Positions 12,781 to 22,290 of a DNA stretch of 37,404 bases are shown here, piece after piece. This stretch comes from Octopus bimaculoides. Its lineage: Eukaryota. The stretch spans positions 1,535,079 to 1,572,482 of the forward strand of contig NC_068985.1 in assembly GCF_001194135.2 (NCBI RefSeq). Reading direction: 5' to 3'. Position numbers and translations under genes: made by a program. Under the pieces are notes generated by a model. It ran no database searches and was not told the DNA's origin. It saw only the letters and a program-made list of their open reading frames with translations. Each line of letters starts with the position of its first letter. Within the stretch, counting starts at the first letter, position 1.

Positions 12781-12932
12781 TTCTTTTATTCTTTTACTTG
12801 TTTCAGTCATTTGACAATGGCCATGCTAGAGCACCACCCTTTAGTCCAAGAAATCGACCCCTGGACTTATTCTCTGTAAGCCTGGTGCTTATTCTATCAG
12901 TCTCTTCTGCCGAACAGCTAAGTTACGGGGAT
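12781..12932 (-). mobile_element. 3' half of the tRNA-derived SINE family seen full-length at 34722-35134
   Basis: Reverse complement aligns to 34990-35134 (CCCCGTAACTTAGC..GGCA..GATAGAATAAG..GGGGTCGAT..CAGCATGGCC..GACTGAAACAAGTAAAAGA). Confidence 0.85.
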
Positions 12933-13016
12933 AGATCGTCAACATGTAATTTTTATTTTCATTTGGATTAAAACAATACAGCATTTTCTCAACAATAATC
13001 TTTCTAAAATTCAACT

Positions 13017-13325
13017 ATAGTAAAGGATATTTTACACCACGACTAAAACGACGACGACGATAACGTCACATTTTGCATATGAATGTGTCTGTGAGTGTGT
13101 GTGTGTTTGCACGTTCGTTACGTACAATATAGTAAACGACATTTTATACCACGACGACGACGACACATTTTGTATATGACCGTGCATGTGTCTGTGAGTG
13201 TGTGTGTGTATGTGTTATCACATAGTAAAGGACATTTTATACCATGACGACGACGAGAATATATTTTGTATTTGAGAGTGTGTGCCTGTGCGTGTGTGTG
13301 TGTGTATGTGTGTGTGTATTTGTGT
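13017..13325. repeat. Three-copy ~100-bp compound minisatellite
   Basis: Units start with ATAGTAAA(G/C)GA.ATTTTA at 13017, 13129 and 13222. Each contains (GAC)n, then ATTTTG(T/C)AT, then (GT)n. Confidence 0.8.
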
Positions 13326-13584
13326 TTATGTATGTTTCGGTCAATCATCCCTAGTCCGACATGCCCGGGACCTGAAAAGTGCCGGATTAGTGAATTTGCC
13401 AAATTACAGTACAACTGCTAACTACTTCATTTTTCTTTTAAAATACTCACCATAAATCAATACAAATTGGTTAATAAAGAAACAAGAAACAGCAGCTAAA
13501 GATTAAGTGGAATTTTAACAAAGAGAGGAACAATGTACTTGAACAATGCGTGAAGTTTTAATAAAAGAAGTACAAATGTATATT

Positions 13585-13735
13585 GGCCTCAAATGTTGGC
13601 AGAAGGTGAGCAATTTCGACGTGGGGTGTAAGTTGATAGCAGGGATCAACTGGTACTTATTCTATCGACCGTGAAATACTGAAAGGGTGAATTTGAAAGG
13701 CCTCGACGGAATTTGAACTCATAACGCAGAAGGCC
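13585..13735 (-). mobile_element. tRNA-derived SINE (GAGCTGGCAGAA family), 5'-truncated copy
   Basis: Contains GGAATTTGAACTC (B-box, minus strand) and the family body (ACTGGTACTTATT..ATCGACC). Confidence 0.65.
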
Positions 13736-13932
13736 AAAAATTTCAGAGGGTGGTGGTGGGGGGATAAGTTGATTACATAGACCCCATTGTTCAACGGGTA
13801 TTTATTTTATTGACCCCGAACGAATGAAAAGCAAAAGCAGCCTTGGTGGGATTTGAACTCAGAACGAATAGACGGACGGAATGCCAATAAGCATTTTGTC
13901 CGGTGCGTTAACGCTTCTGCCAGCTCATTGCT
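13736..13932 (-). mobile_element. tRNA-derived SINE (GAGCTGGCAGAA family)
   Basis: Ends TTCTGCCAGCTC, contains GATTTGAACTCAGAAC (B-box) and ATTGACCCCGAA. Homologous to 30790-30982. Confidence 0.8.
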
Positions 13933-14203
13933 TGAAGTACAAGAAATAAAAATAAATAAAGAAATAAAGAAAAAATTAAATCAAATTTTAGTAATTTCTG
14001 CAATGTCCATTACTGCTGCTTCCAAAATGAAGAGCTGGAAAGTGCTTCCTTAGTACATGCATATGACTTGAAGAAGGGCTGTCAGCATTCTTATTATTTT
14101 TTATTTTGGAAGGGAACTAAGAAACCAAGAACTAATAATGGTGGTAGTAGCACACCTTAGTGAACAGATGTTGAAACTATAGAATTTTCTAGAGATAAAT
14201 TCA

Positions 14204-15100
14204 TCATTGCAGATTTTTTTCTTTTGCTATTGTTTTTAGTATGTCTTGCAAGTTGAGCTGTTTCATATATTTTGGCCTTTCTTTGATTAGTTTATTCGGC
14301 ATCACATAAACGTTCATTATTTCTTGCTCACTTATAAAACTACGTTGCTCTAAACCTTTTAGAAGTTCACCTGTCAACTGGATTAATACATCAAGAGAGA
14401 CTCTTCTCCTACATTTCGTTATCTTTATCACTGCTCTTTTTTTTCACTCGGTTGTTGCTGTGGGCTTACAAACCATCTGCACAATTTCTGAATCAGTATA
14501 ATGATGAGCAGTAACTACAGCATCATCAACCTTCATCTATTCTGTAACATTATCTTCATGCATCCTTGATGCAAGATCCTTTGCAGCAGGATTAGTTAAA
14601 TAACGAACATAAGGACAGATCATGTATATTTGTTCCTCTTTCAAAGCTCTAACTCCTCTACAGTTATTTCCTTCATCGTCATCAATCCTGGCTACAATTT
14701 ATGCCATCCGTTTCTTGGCGTGGATGTTTTACAAACTTCCGATGACAATGCAGTAAACCATACCATTTACATTAAATTTCTTGAGAAACTCGAGCAGTGC
14801 TCTTCCAAATTTGAATGCATGCGTCAGGTGTCTCGTAAAATAGGTGCGATATTTAGACTTAAAGCAAAGTAATATGCCATTGTCCTTGGGATGAATTAAC
14901 GACATGAAGTTAAGTGGGAGGAAAGTATCAAAAATATCAAAAATGTTTTTTTCACTCGGAGTTCTGTTGAAGGATGTGTGGAATAATTGTGTAAAATAAG
15001 GATTACCTTACAGGTGTGATTCAGTCTAACAGATTTACAGTAAGTACTTGCTTGGAGATCCATCCAACACATGCCAGCAGTAGATGCACATTAAATGAGG
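14204..15100 (-). pseudogene. pogo/Tigger-family (DDE_1) transposase C-terminal two-thirds, decayed
   Basis: Minus-strand translations YCKSVRLNHTCKVILILHNYSTHPSTEL; FLPLNFMSLIHPKDNGILLCFKSKYR (cf. FLPPNxTSLIQPxDQGI); GWHKL*P; AHHYTDSEIVQMV; LLKGLEQRSFISEQEIMNVY...MKQLNL. These are colinear with Tigger/Jerky-like transposases as I recall them. Confidence 0.8.
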
Positions 15101-15540
15101 ACATGTACGTGTTGGAAGACCAATTCTTGCTCCAGGGTTTCAGTTTTGACTGGGCTTCTTCGGCTGAGTGTCTGTCTTAACCCTAACCATAATTTCAAAG
15201 AGTGCACGGCATGCGTTTTTTCAAGCATCTCTACTATAAAAGTTGACTTACACAAGACAAGTATTCTCAGCCTTGCATTGTTACTGCTATATTCATGGCA
15301 TCAGCAGCACTTGTGTGGTCCCCCTGCACTCCATCAGACTAAAGAGAAGACACGATTGAAAGAAATAACGAAAGAGATTGATGGCTTTAAGAAAAAGTAT
15401 TAAAAGAATCTAAAAGATGAGAAGAGAAACAGATTTATTGTTGTGAAGGTGTAGAAGTGGAGAGAGTAATGGGGGAGATAGTGTTGTGGGGAAGTGGCAG
15501 AAGGGAAGAGGAAGACTAGTGGCAGGGTGAGTGTCAAAGT

Positions 15541-15580
<40 letters not shown>
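15541..15580. repeat. (GA)n/(GACA)n microsatellite
   Basis: Visible array. A second (GA)n lies at 15970-16010. Confidence 0.9.
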
Positions 15581-15582
<2 letters not shown>

Positions 15583-15966
15583 GTGGTAAGCATAATAGAG
15601 TGGGTTGAGTAGGAGGTCCCAGTGCTGTCCCATATTAAATATATCATCATTGTTCTGTGTCAGTTTCCACCCATCTAGAAAGGGCAAAGGATTACAATTT
15701 GCTCACTGTTCCCAGTTTTTGCATGGTTACATTTGCTGGAATGCTCTTCCCAACACTAACCCCTTCGTACTGGATGCAATTTTTGCGGAATCCAACTCCA
15801 TAGAGGTTTCCATGGGACTGCCAAAACCCCAAAGTACTCTTAATTAACACAGTGTTGTGTCTATGCAGTTTGCCAACTAATTTATAAAATGTACAGCACA
15901 CATTTTATTCTGAGACTATTTATTTGTGAGATTAGCTTATAGTTCACAATGCTAAAGAGTCACCGT

Positions 15967-16017
<51 letters not shown>

Positions 16018-16316
16018 AGATTAGAGAAGAGAATGATGAGATTAGGAAAGGTGTGAACGTATGATGGAGACACAGGTTGGGGAGAAAAGTTAGAGGAGAA
16101 AGTTGTGGGGCGGGGGGAATATTGGAAAGGGAAGGGGAAAGGATGTGTGTGTGTGTGGATGTGTTCAGGAGTGTTTGTTTCTATGTGTTCTGATAGATTT
16201 GAGTTGGTGCAGGTGTTTACATCACTGACAAACATGTGACAGTTTCAATGGAAGAAGAATAAAAATACTTTTCTTGGAAACGAAATATTTGTCTGTAAGT
16301 ATCTGAATTTCATACT

Positions 16317-16535
16317 GGTTTCAAACTTTGGCACAAGGCCTGCAATTTCAGGATGAGGGTTAAGTTGATTACATCGACCCTCAGTATTTAACTGGTATTT
16401 ATTTTATTGGCCTCAAAAGGATGAAGGACGAAGTCAACCTCAACTGAATTTGAACTCAGAATGTAAAGATAGACGAAAATAAAATACCACTAAACATTTT
16501 GCCTGGCATGCTAACAATTCTGCCAGCTCACTGCG
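16317..16535 (-). mobile_element. tRNA-derived SINE (GAGCTGGCAGAA family)
   Basis: GGTTTCAAACTTTGGCACAAGGCC ... GAATTTGAACTCAGAA ... TTCTGCCAGCTC is the reverse complement of 30790-30982. Confidence 0.85.
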
Positions 16536-16681
16536 GCCGTAATTTGGATTTTATAGGAACTTGCTGTAATAAGTCATCCATCAGTTGTTGTTACTGTTTT
16601 TTAACCTTATGATTTAGGAGACAGACTCTTGAAAAAATGGCGTTCCAAACCCATCCACTCCATTCTCTTCAGACACTTTTT

Positions 16682-16970
16682 ATCATCATTCGTCATCATT
16701 ATCATTTAACATCCATTTTTTTTTATGCTGGCATTGGCTGAATGGTTTGACTGGAACAGACAAGGCCAGAAGCTGCACCAGGTTCCATGGTCAGTTTTGG
16801 CTTGGTTTCTCCAGCTGGATACCTTTCCTAACGCCAGCCATTTTACTGAGTGTACTGGATGCTTTTCACGTGGTACCAACACCAGTGCTTTTTGCATGGA
16901 GCCACCACTAATGCTTTTTATGTGGCACCAGCACCTATGCTCTTTTTTTATGTGGCACCAGCACTTGTGC
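16682..16970 (-). mobile_element. (ATG)n-tailed retroposon 3' part
   Basis: (ATC)n then TTTAACATCC..ATGCTGGCAT..GCTGGAT.CCTT.CCTAACGCCA.CCA, homologous to 26220-26420. Internal duplication of TTTTATGTGGCACCAGCAC. Confidence 0.65.
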
Positions 16971-17589
16971 ATTCTGCATGGAACCCTCACCATTTTTTTT
17001 ATGGGTGTTAGGGGAGGAAATGTTGGTGGGGGGAGAAGGTTGACAGACCAGAGCCCCTCACTAACAAACATTACCAAGGTGGTTTTAGGACATCAGTTCT
17101 GTTGTGGTGGGTGGGTCGTCTTGAGTACAACAATGTGCCACATATCTTGGTCTTTTGTCATCTCCTTCATAAGGCTCAGCATTTTGAAATCAGCCTTAAA
17201 GATCAGTTTATTTAATATCTCCTTCGTTTATTTAAGATTGTAGGCTATGATACAAAAGAAATTTGGTTCTCTATCAAATAGGTAGACTGGCTTCTTTATT
17301 AGCTTGAGTAAACATTTTGAATTTGATTAGCCTTCCATTTATATAGAGTGTGATGTGTCTTTTTATAAAAAATGGATTGCTGTTACTCTTGGGTGAGTCA
17401 TTTAACTACAGAAGTATTGAATACAGAGTTGTATCAAAGAAAGTGTTCAGATTCTCTTTAATTCAGTGCTACTGTGTAACAAAATAAATGTCTTTCAGTA
17501 CAGAATAAACATTAATATTTCAGTTTGCCAGTTTTGGCACTGGAGAACAATAGACTAATAGCTAGATTGATTTCTTATCCTGTCTATAT

Positions 17590-17950
17590 TTATCGACTTT
17601 ATTGCCAGTAGATGGTAAAATTGCAGGCAAAAAGAGATACAACCGTTTTATTATGCCATTACCATTGGTATGATATGCATCTTTCTCAATAATTGCATGA
17701 CTGCTAGTTAAGATTCTATTTCAACCATTATAATCCTGTTCTTCTGTTGTAAAGAATCAAATTCTAACTACCTACATTCTGTCGGATATAGAACTGTATT
17801 TGTCCATAACTATATCAGTGTCTTTTCTGCTATCATATTCAAATATTTAAATATATTTTTGGCATTAATCAAATATCAGTTATCTGTAGACAATTGCAAA
17901 GCTCATTCAGAAATTCCACCAGCAAAGCACAACATTGAAATGGAATGAAA
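17590..17950 (+). pseudogene. Possible second pogo/Tigger DDE fragment, highly decayed
   Basis: Fragments TLLPVDGKIAGK, KRDTTVLLC (cf. RITVLLC) and LSVDNCKAH (cf. LLxDNCxAH) occur in the expected order. Confidence 0.4.
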
Positions 17951-18134
17951 CTGAAGTTTACCTCAAGCTACTGAAACTGAGGTTCATATGCTGCTAGAAA
18001 TTCTCTTGTGGGTGATTAAATTTCTAAACAGAAATGTCTTTCCCCACATTATCACATCACGAGCTAGTTCTTCATTAGGTAGACAAACATATCATTAAGT
18101 ACACAATCGTTTCAAACATAATCCAATAAATCAA

Positions 18135-18240
18135 AGTCGTCGTCATCATCATCGTCATCATCATCATCATTGTCGTCATCATCATTGTCGTCATCATCAT
18201 CATCGTCGTTGTCCTCCTCCTCCTCCTCCTCCTTCTTCTT
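18135..18240. repeat. (TCA/TCG/TCC)n trinucleotide array
   Basis: Visible array. Confidence 0.9.
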
Positions 18241-19224
18241 TCAATAACTGATATTTTCATTCATTCCAGCAAAATTAAAGACAAACAAAATTTTACTTTT
18301 CTTAATGTTCTTTAATGTTATAAATTTGAATTTGATCTTTTAAATCTGCACCTTTGAAGAATGTTTTGCATAATATACAATTTATGTCGTAGTTGGAATA
18401 ATATATAAGTAAACTGAAATTAAATTTATAGGTTGAAATCAGTTTATTTTGTTATTATGTAACAGAACAATGGTGACCTTTCTTTCAACTCTACCTCTAC
18501 TGAAAATATTACACAAAACGAATATTGTGATTATTAAAATAAAGAATTGTATCAGAGAAAAATAAGAAATCACAGAAATAAGTTCAGGTGAAGAATAACT
18601 TATTGGTCTCCAAAACTTCCAATTTTGTCCAGTGGAAATAATAAACTTCAACCACATTACTAAACTATGATTTATACGTGGGGGGTAGGGGCCAGAATTC
18701 ACAGGGTTCTAAAAAAAAAAAAACCCTGGCAGGATTTAATTATTTCTCTCCATATTCTGAATCCAATTTTTGTTGTTGTCAATTTTATCTTTCATTCTTC
18801 AGAAGTAAATAAACTAATTAGAATTTATATACCAAAGTCAATTTAATTGACTAACTCTCTGACCGACAATCTGTGGAACGTAACTAAATACTAGTTTATT
18901 CTGTTACCTGTTTGGTTAAGTCTTTGGTTAATTATGATAATTCTTGTTTAAATCATCTACAACCTTTGTAACAGTTGATTTCTACAAGAATTGTTATAAT
19001 TAGCTGAATTTTAAAAGTTAGAAACAGTCATCAGAACTTTTCTTAAATATCTTTGTTTTCTTCAGTTCTATAAGAGATGTCTACAGTCAACTAAAATCCC
19101 TCCCACAATCAAGAAAGAAAAATGAGAAGAAGAATCACACAAACCAAGGCACATGACAAGACAAAATATCATTGTTTTCTTTAAGGAAAATATGGTCATA
19201 AACAACTTCCAGGATAATACAGTT

Positions 19225-19375
19225 CTATATTTAAGTGATGAGGAATTATGTACATTATTTACATTTGACGGATATTTGTCCTCATCTTGTTTGTTGTTAA
19301 CACAACGTTTTGGTTGATATACCCTCCAGCCTCCATCAGGTGTCTTAGGGAAATTTCAAACCTGGCTTCTCCTTT
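19225..19375 (-). mobile_element. Penelope-like element terminal (pLTR) fragment with decayed hammerhead motif
   Basis: Minus strand reads ACAC-CTGATGGA-GGCTG..CAACC-AAAACGTT-GTGT at 19343-19300, in a repeat context I recognise from memory as a PLE end. Confidence 0.55.
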
Positions 19376-19804
19376 TCGATGATATTATTATTATTATTGT
19401 TATTATTATTAAGGGTGGTGAGCTGGCAGAATCGTTAGTACGATCGACTAAGCTGACCACAAGAATTTTGTGTGAAGCTCTACCAAATCTCTTACCCACC
19501 ATTTTTAATACTGATGATGTATTTGTCCTAAATAAAGTTTAATATAAATGGTGCCTTGTACTTCCTGTTGACATAAAGCGAAATACAGCAGAGGAGGAAG
19601 TCACAAACATTAGACAGGGTAAAATGTGAAATAATCTTATGGCATATTGGAACCCATGTTAAACCATTGTAATTCCAGTGTATTATTTATAAAACCACCA
19701 GGAGCCAACGTTGTTGACAGAAATAAGATTTCCTCAAAGCTTATAAAATGGTACATTTAAAGAACATTTAAAAAAAAAAGACTCACCTCTTTTATATAAA
19801 GAGT

Positions 19805-20020
19805 TTAACTTTTGAGAATTTAAACTGGTCATATTTGGCCAAAACATTCTTCCTGTCTTATGTTCAAACCAGCTGAGATCTTGCCTCTCACCCCAACCCT
19901 GCTCTGTCATTGTGAAAATGTACAATCATATCATGAAAATGTTGAAGCTATGAGATAATGCATGATTCAATAAAAACCAATGTGAACAAATTAGATTCGA
20001 CAAAGCAAAAGCATTGAAGA
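19805..20020 (-). mobile_element. Diverged inverted copy of the piggyBac-type MITE at 1896-2115
   Basis: TTAA..ATTTAAACTGGTCATATTTGGCC..TGTTCAAACCAG..AGATC..CTCTCAC..ACAATC..CAATGTGAA aligns to the reverse complement of 1896-2115. Confidence 0.65.
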
Positions 20021-20479
20021 ACCTGAGATACAAAAAGATTAGAAACATGTTTTGACACAGAATCCTGAAACTATATTTGCAGACACATGTTGAAGACATG
20101 GGAACATATTAATTGGTGCATTTAGGAAACCTTAGACTCAACAATATTGTGACAGCAATAATTCATGGTGATGCATTCTGCCTTAGCTGTATGACCATTC
20201 TAATATACAATGATACCAACTGTCACATACAAACTACCTGTAGGTTATCATGCCAAGCATTTGATTAATTTGGTTGCAAGAATTTGACAACAACCTGAAA
20301 TAACTCAATGGAGACAAATATTTACATCTATACATATATATATGCATGTATGTATGTCATTATTCAGTTTATTTCAAGATTTCTGGCAAATAGAGAAAGA
20401 ACCGGTTTCTAACCTAGATCCAAGGATCCTTCATTGGAATTTCCACATCAACAAAAGCATATTTTTGTATGTATGTATG

Positions 20480-20665
20480 TTAGGATCCACAATGAGCAGA
20501 ACTTACTTGCAGGTATTGGTAGTGCAAATCAGAGGTGCAATCTGTGTGGGTGTTTTTTCAAAACACTGTCTGGTTTAAAAAGCCACATCAGACGCCATGA
20601 AAGGGCTAAGGTGTAGGTGCAGGAGGTGGTCAAACTCTGTTTAAGGAGTAGACAACCACCATGTA
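20480..20665 (+). mobile_element. RTE(BovB)-type LINE 3' end encoding a single C2H2 finger
   Basis: CNLCGCFFKTLSGLKSHIRRH (20536-20598) fits C-x2-C-x3-F-x5-L-x2-H-x3-H. Stop at 20614-20616, then a short UTR (GTGGTCAAACTC..GAGTAGACAACCACC) and a (TATG)n tail. Confidence 0.55.
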
Positions 20666-20990
20666 TGTATGTATGTTTTGTTTTATGAATGTATTTTCAT
20701 GCATATAGTTGCATATATATTTATGTATGCATGCATGCACATATACACATATGCATATATGCATACATGTAAGCATGAATTATGTATGTATGCATATATT
20801 TATGCATGCTTGTATGTATATATGTATGCATGTATTTATATATGTATGTATGCATATATGCATACATGTATGCCTGTATGTATGAATGTATGCATGTATT
20901 TATGCATGAATGTATGCATGTATTTATGCATATATGTATGTATGCATATATATATGCATGTACATATGAATGTATGTATGTATGCATGCA
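20665..20990. repeat. (TATG/CATG/CATA)n degenerate microsatellite
   Basis: Visible array. Confidence 0.9.
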
Positions 20991-21206
20991 TTTTTGAATT
21001 TGGAATTTTTTGCGGAGGGTGAAAGTGTAAACAAGAACAAGACGGTGAGAACAAGACAGTAAAAGACAGTAAAAACAAGACAAGACAGTGAAAACAAACG
21101 GTTTTCTTCCTTTCACCGTTCCCTCTCTCTCACTCCTCCTCCTTGACCCTCTCGTCGCTGACACGTGACGAAAGGGATTCTTTCTTTCTATTTCCTGCCT
21201 TCCTAT

Positions 21207-21477
21207 AGAGCAATTCCAAATGAAATGTTTGGCAATGTTGTGGAATTCTTTGTTGGACGTTATCAGCTTTGTTTGGGAAATGAAGGAAGGCAGTTTGAAC
21301 ATTTACGAACACGCAGGAATGAGAGAGAACATTAAATAATTCTAATTGACAATAAATAATCGTTTCTACAATAATCTATTTTCCTGAATTTAATTTAACT
21401 TTTTAGGATTGTATGTATATCAATAAACATCTACTTGAACAGAAAAGTCAAATAGAGAGTACAATTTTTGGGACCCC

Positions 21478-21480
<3 letters not shown>
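21207..21480 (+). mobile_element. 3' end of an IS630-Tc1-mariner superfamily transposon (C-terminus plus right TIR)
   Basis: RAIPNEMFGNVVEFFVGRYQLCLGNEGRQFEHL (21207-21305) fits the ITm C-terminal pattern (IPxEMxxNVxxxFxxRxxxCxxxxGxxFEHL). It ends ...CAATTTTTGGGACCCCCTG followed by TA. Confidence 0.7.

Positions 21481-21566
<86 letters not shown>
21481..21566. repeat. (TA)n-(CA)n microsatellite
   Basis: Visible array. Confidence 0.97.
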
Positions 21567-21710
21567 TAAATTATGAGTTAGAGGTTATGCAACTGTCTAA
21601 GGGATAAATGCATTCGTAGGCACAACTGGTGCATTTCTGACTATGTATAGGCCTTGTAAGGTTAACAGTAATCAGTAAATTAAGGGTAAACCATGGTTTA
21701 ATATATTCAT

Positions 21711-22268
21711 ATAAGATAAGAAATGGAGCAACATGTAACAATTAGAAGTTGATCATTAATATTGAATGATCATAGTTTAATCATAATTAAGAAAACATTT
21801 ACAACCGTTTCAGTTTGATATTTTTGAGGTAAACTTGCGTTTATCTCGTTCCATGCAACAAACGTCATCAGAATGATTTGAACTTCACCAGAGGAATATT
21901 GACAAGAGATCGAAGGTTGACAGGAGAAAAAAGGAAAAAAGGAAAAAAGAAAAGTCTTGTTAGGTCTTTAGTCTTACATTTTTGCGTCCTTAAAATGTAT
22001 GCCTAAAGACCTAACGAACCTTTTCCTTTTCTTTTTTCCTTTTTTTTTTTCTCCTGTCAACCTTCGATCTCCTGTCAATATTCCTTTGGTATAGTTCAAC
22101 TCATTCTGATGAGGTTTCTTACATGGAACCAGATAAACGCAAGTTTACTTCAAAAATATCAGAAACAGCTTTAAATGCTATCTAAACCATAATTAAACTA
22201 TGACCATTCAATACTAATGATCAACTTCTAATTGTTACATATTGCTCCTTTTCTTCTCTTACCTTATC
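21711..22268. mobile_element. Fold-back palindromic element (MITE-like), ~260-bp arms, 9-nt loop
   Basis: Left arm GGAGCAACATGTAACAATTAGAAGTTGATCATT.. (21725) pairs with ..AATGATCAACTTCTAATTGTTACATATTGCTCC (22248). Symmetry continues inward to TACATTTT-tgcgtcctt-AAAATGTA (21975-21999). Confidence 0.85.
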
Positions 22269-22290
22269 TCTACGTGTGTGTGTGTGTGTA

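Noticed and set aside
13017-13325. CRISPR-like repeat-spacer array
   Set aside because: Eukaryotic context, microsatellite spacers that resemble each other, and no cas genes.
15014-15039. Apparent 26-nt micro-exon (TTACAG|..|GTAAGT)
   Set aside because: It lies inside the minus-strand pogo transposase relic (YCKSVRLNHTCKVIL), so the splice-like signals are probably coincidental. Only RNA-seq could rescue it.
22085-22150. CTGATGA followed by a short stem inside the fold-back arm, as a possible hammerhead
   Set aside because: No GAAA core (AGATAAA instead) and no helix I pairing.
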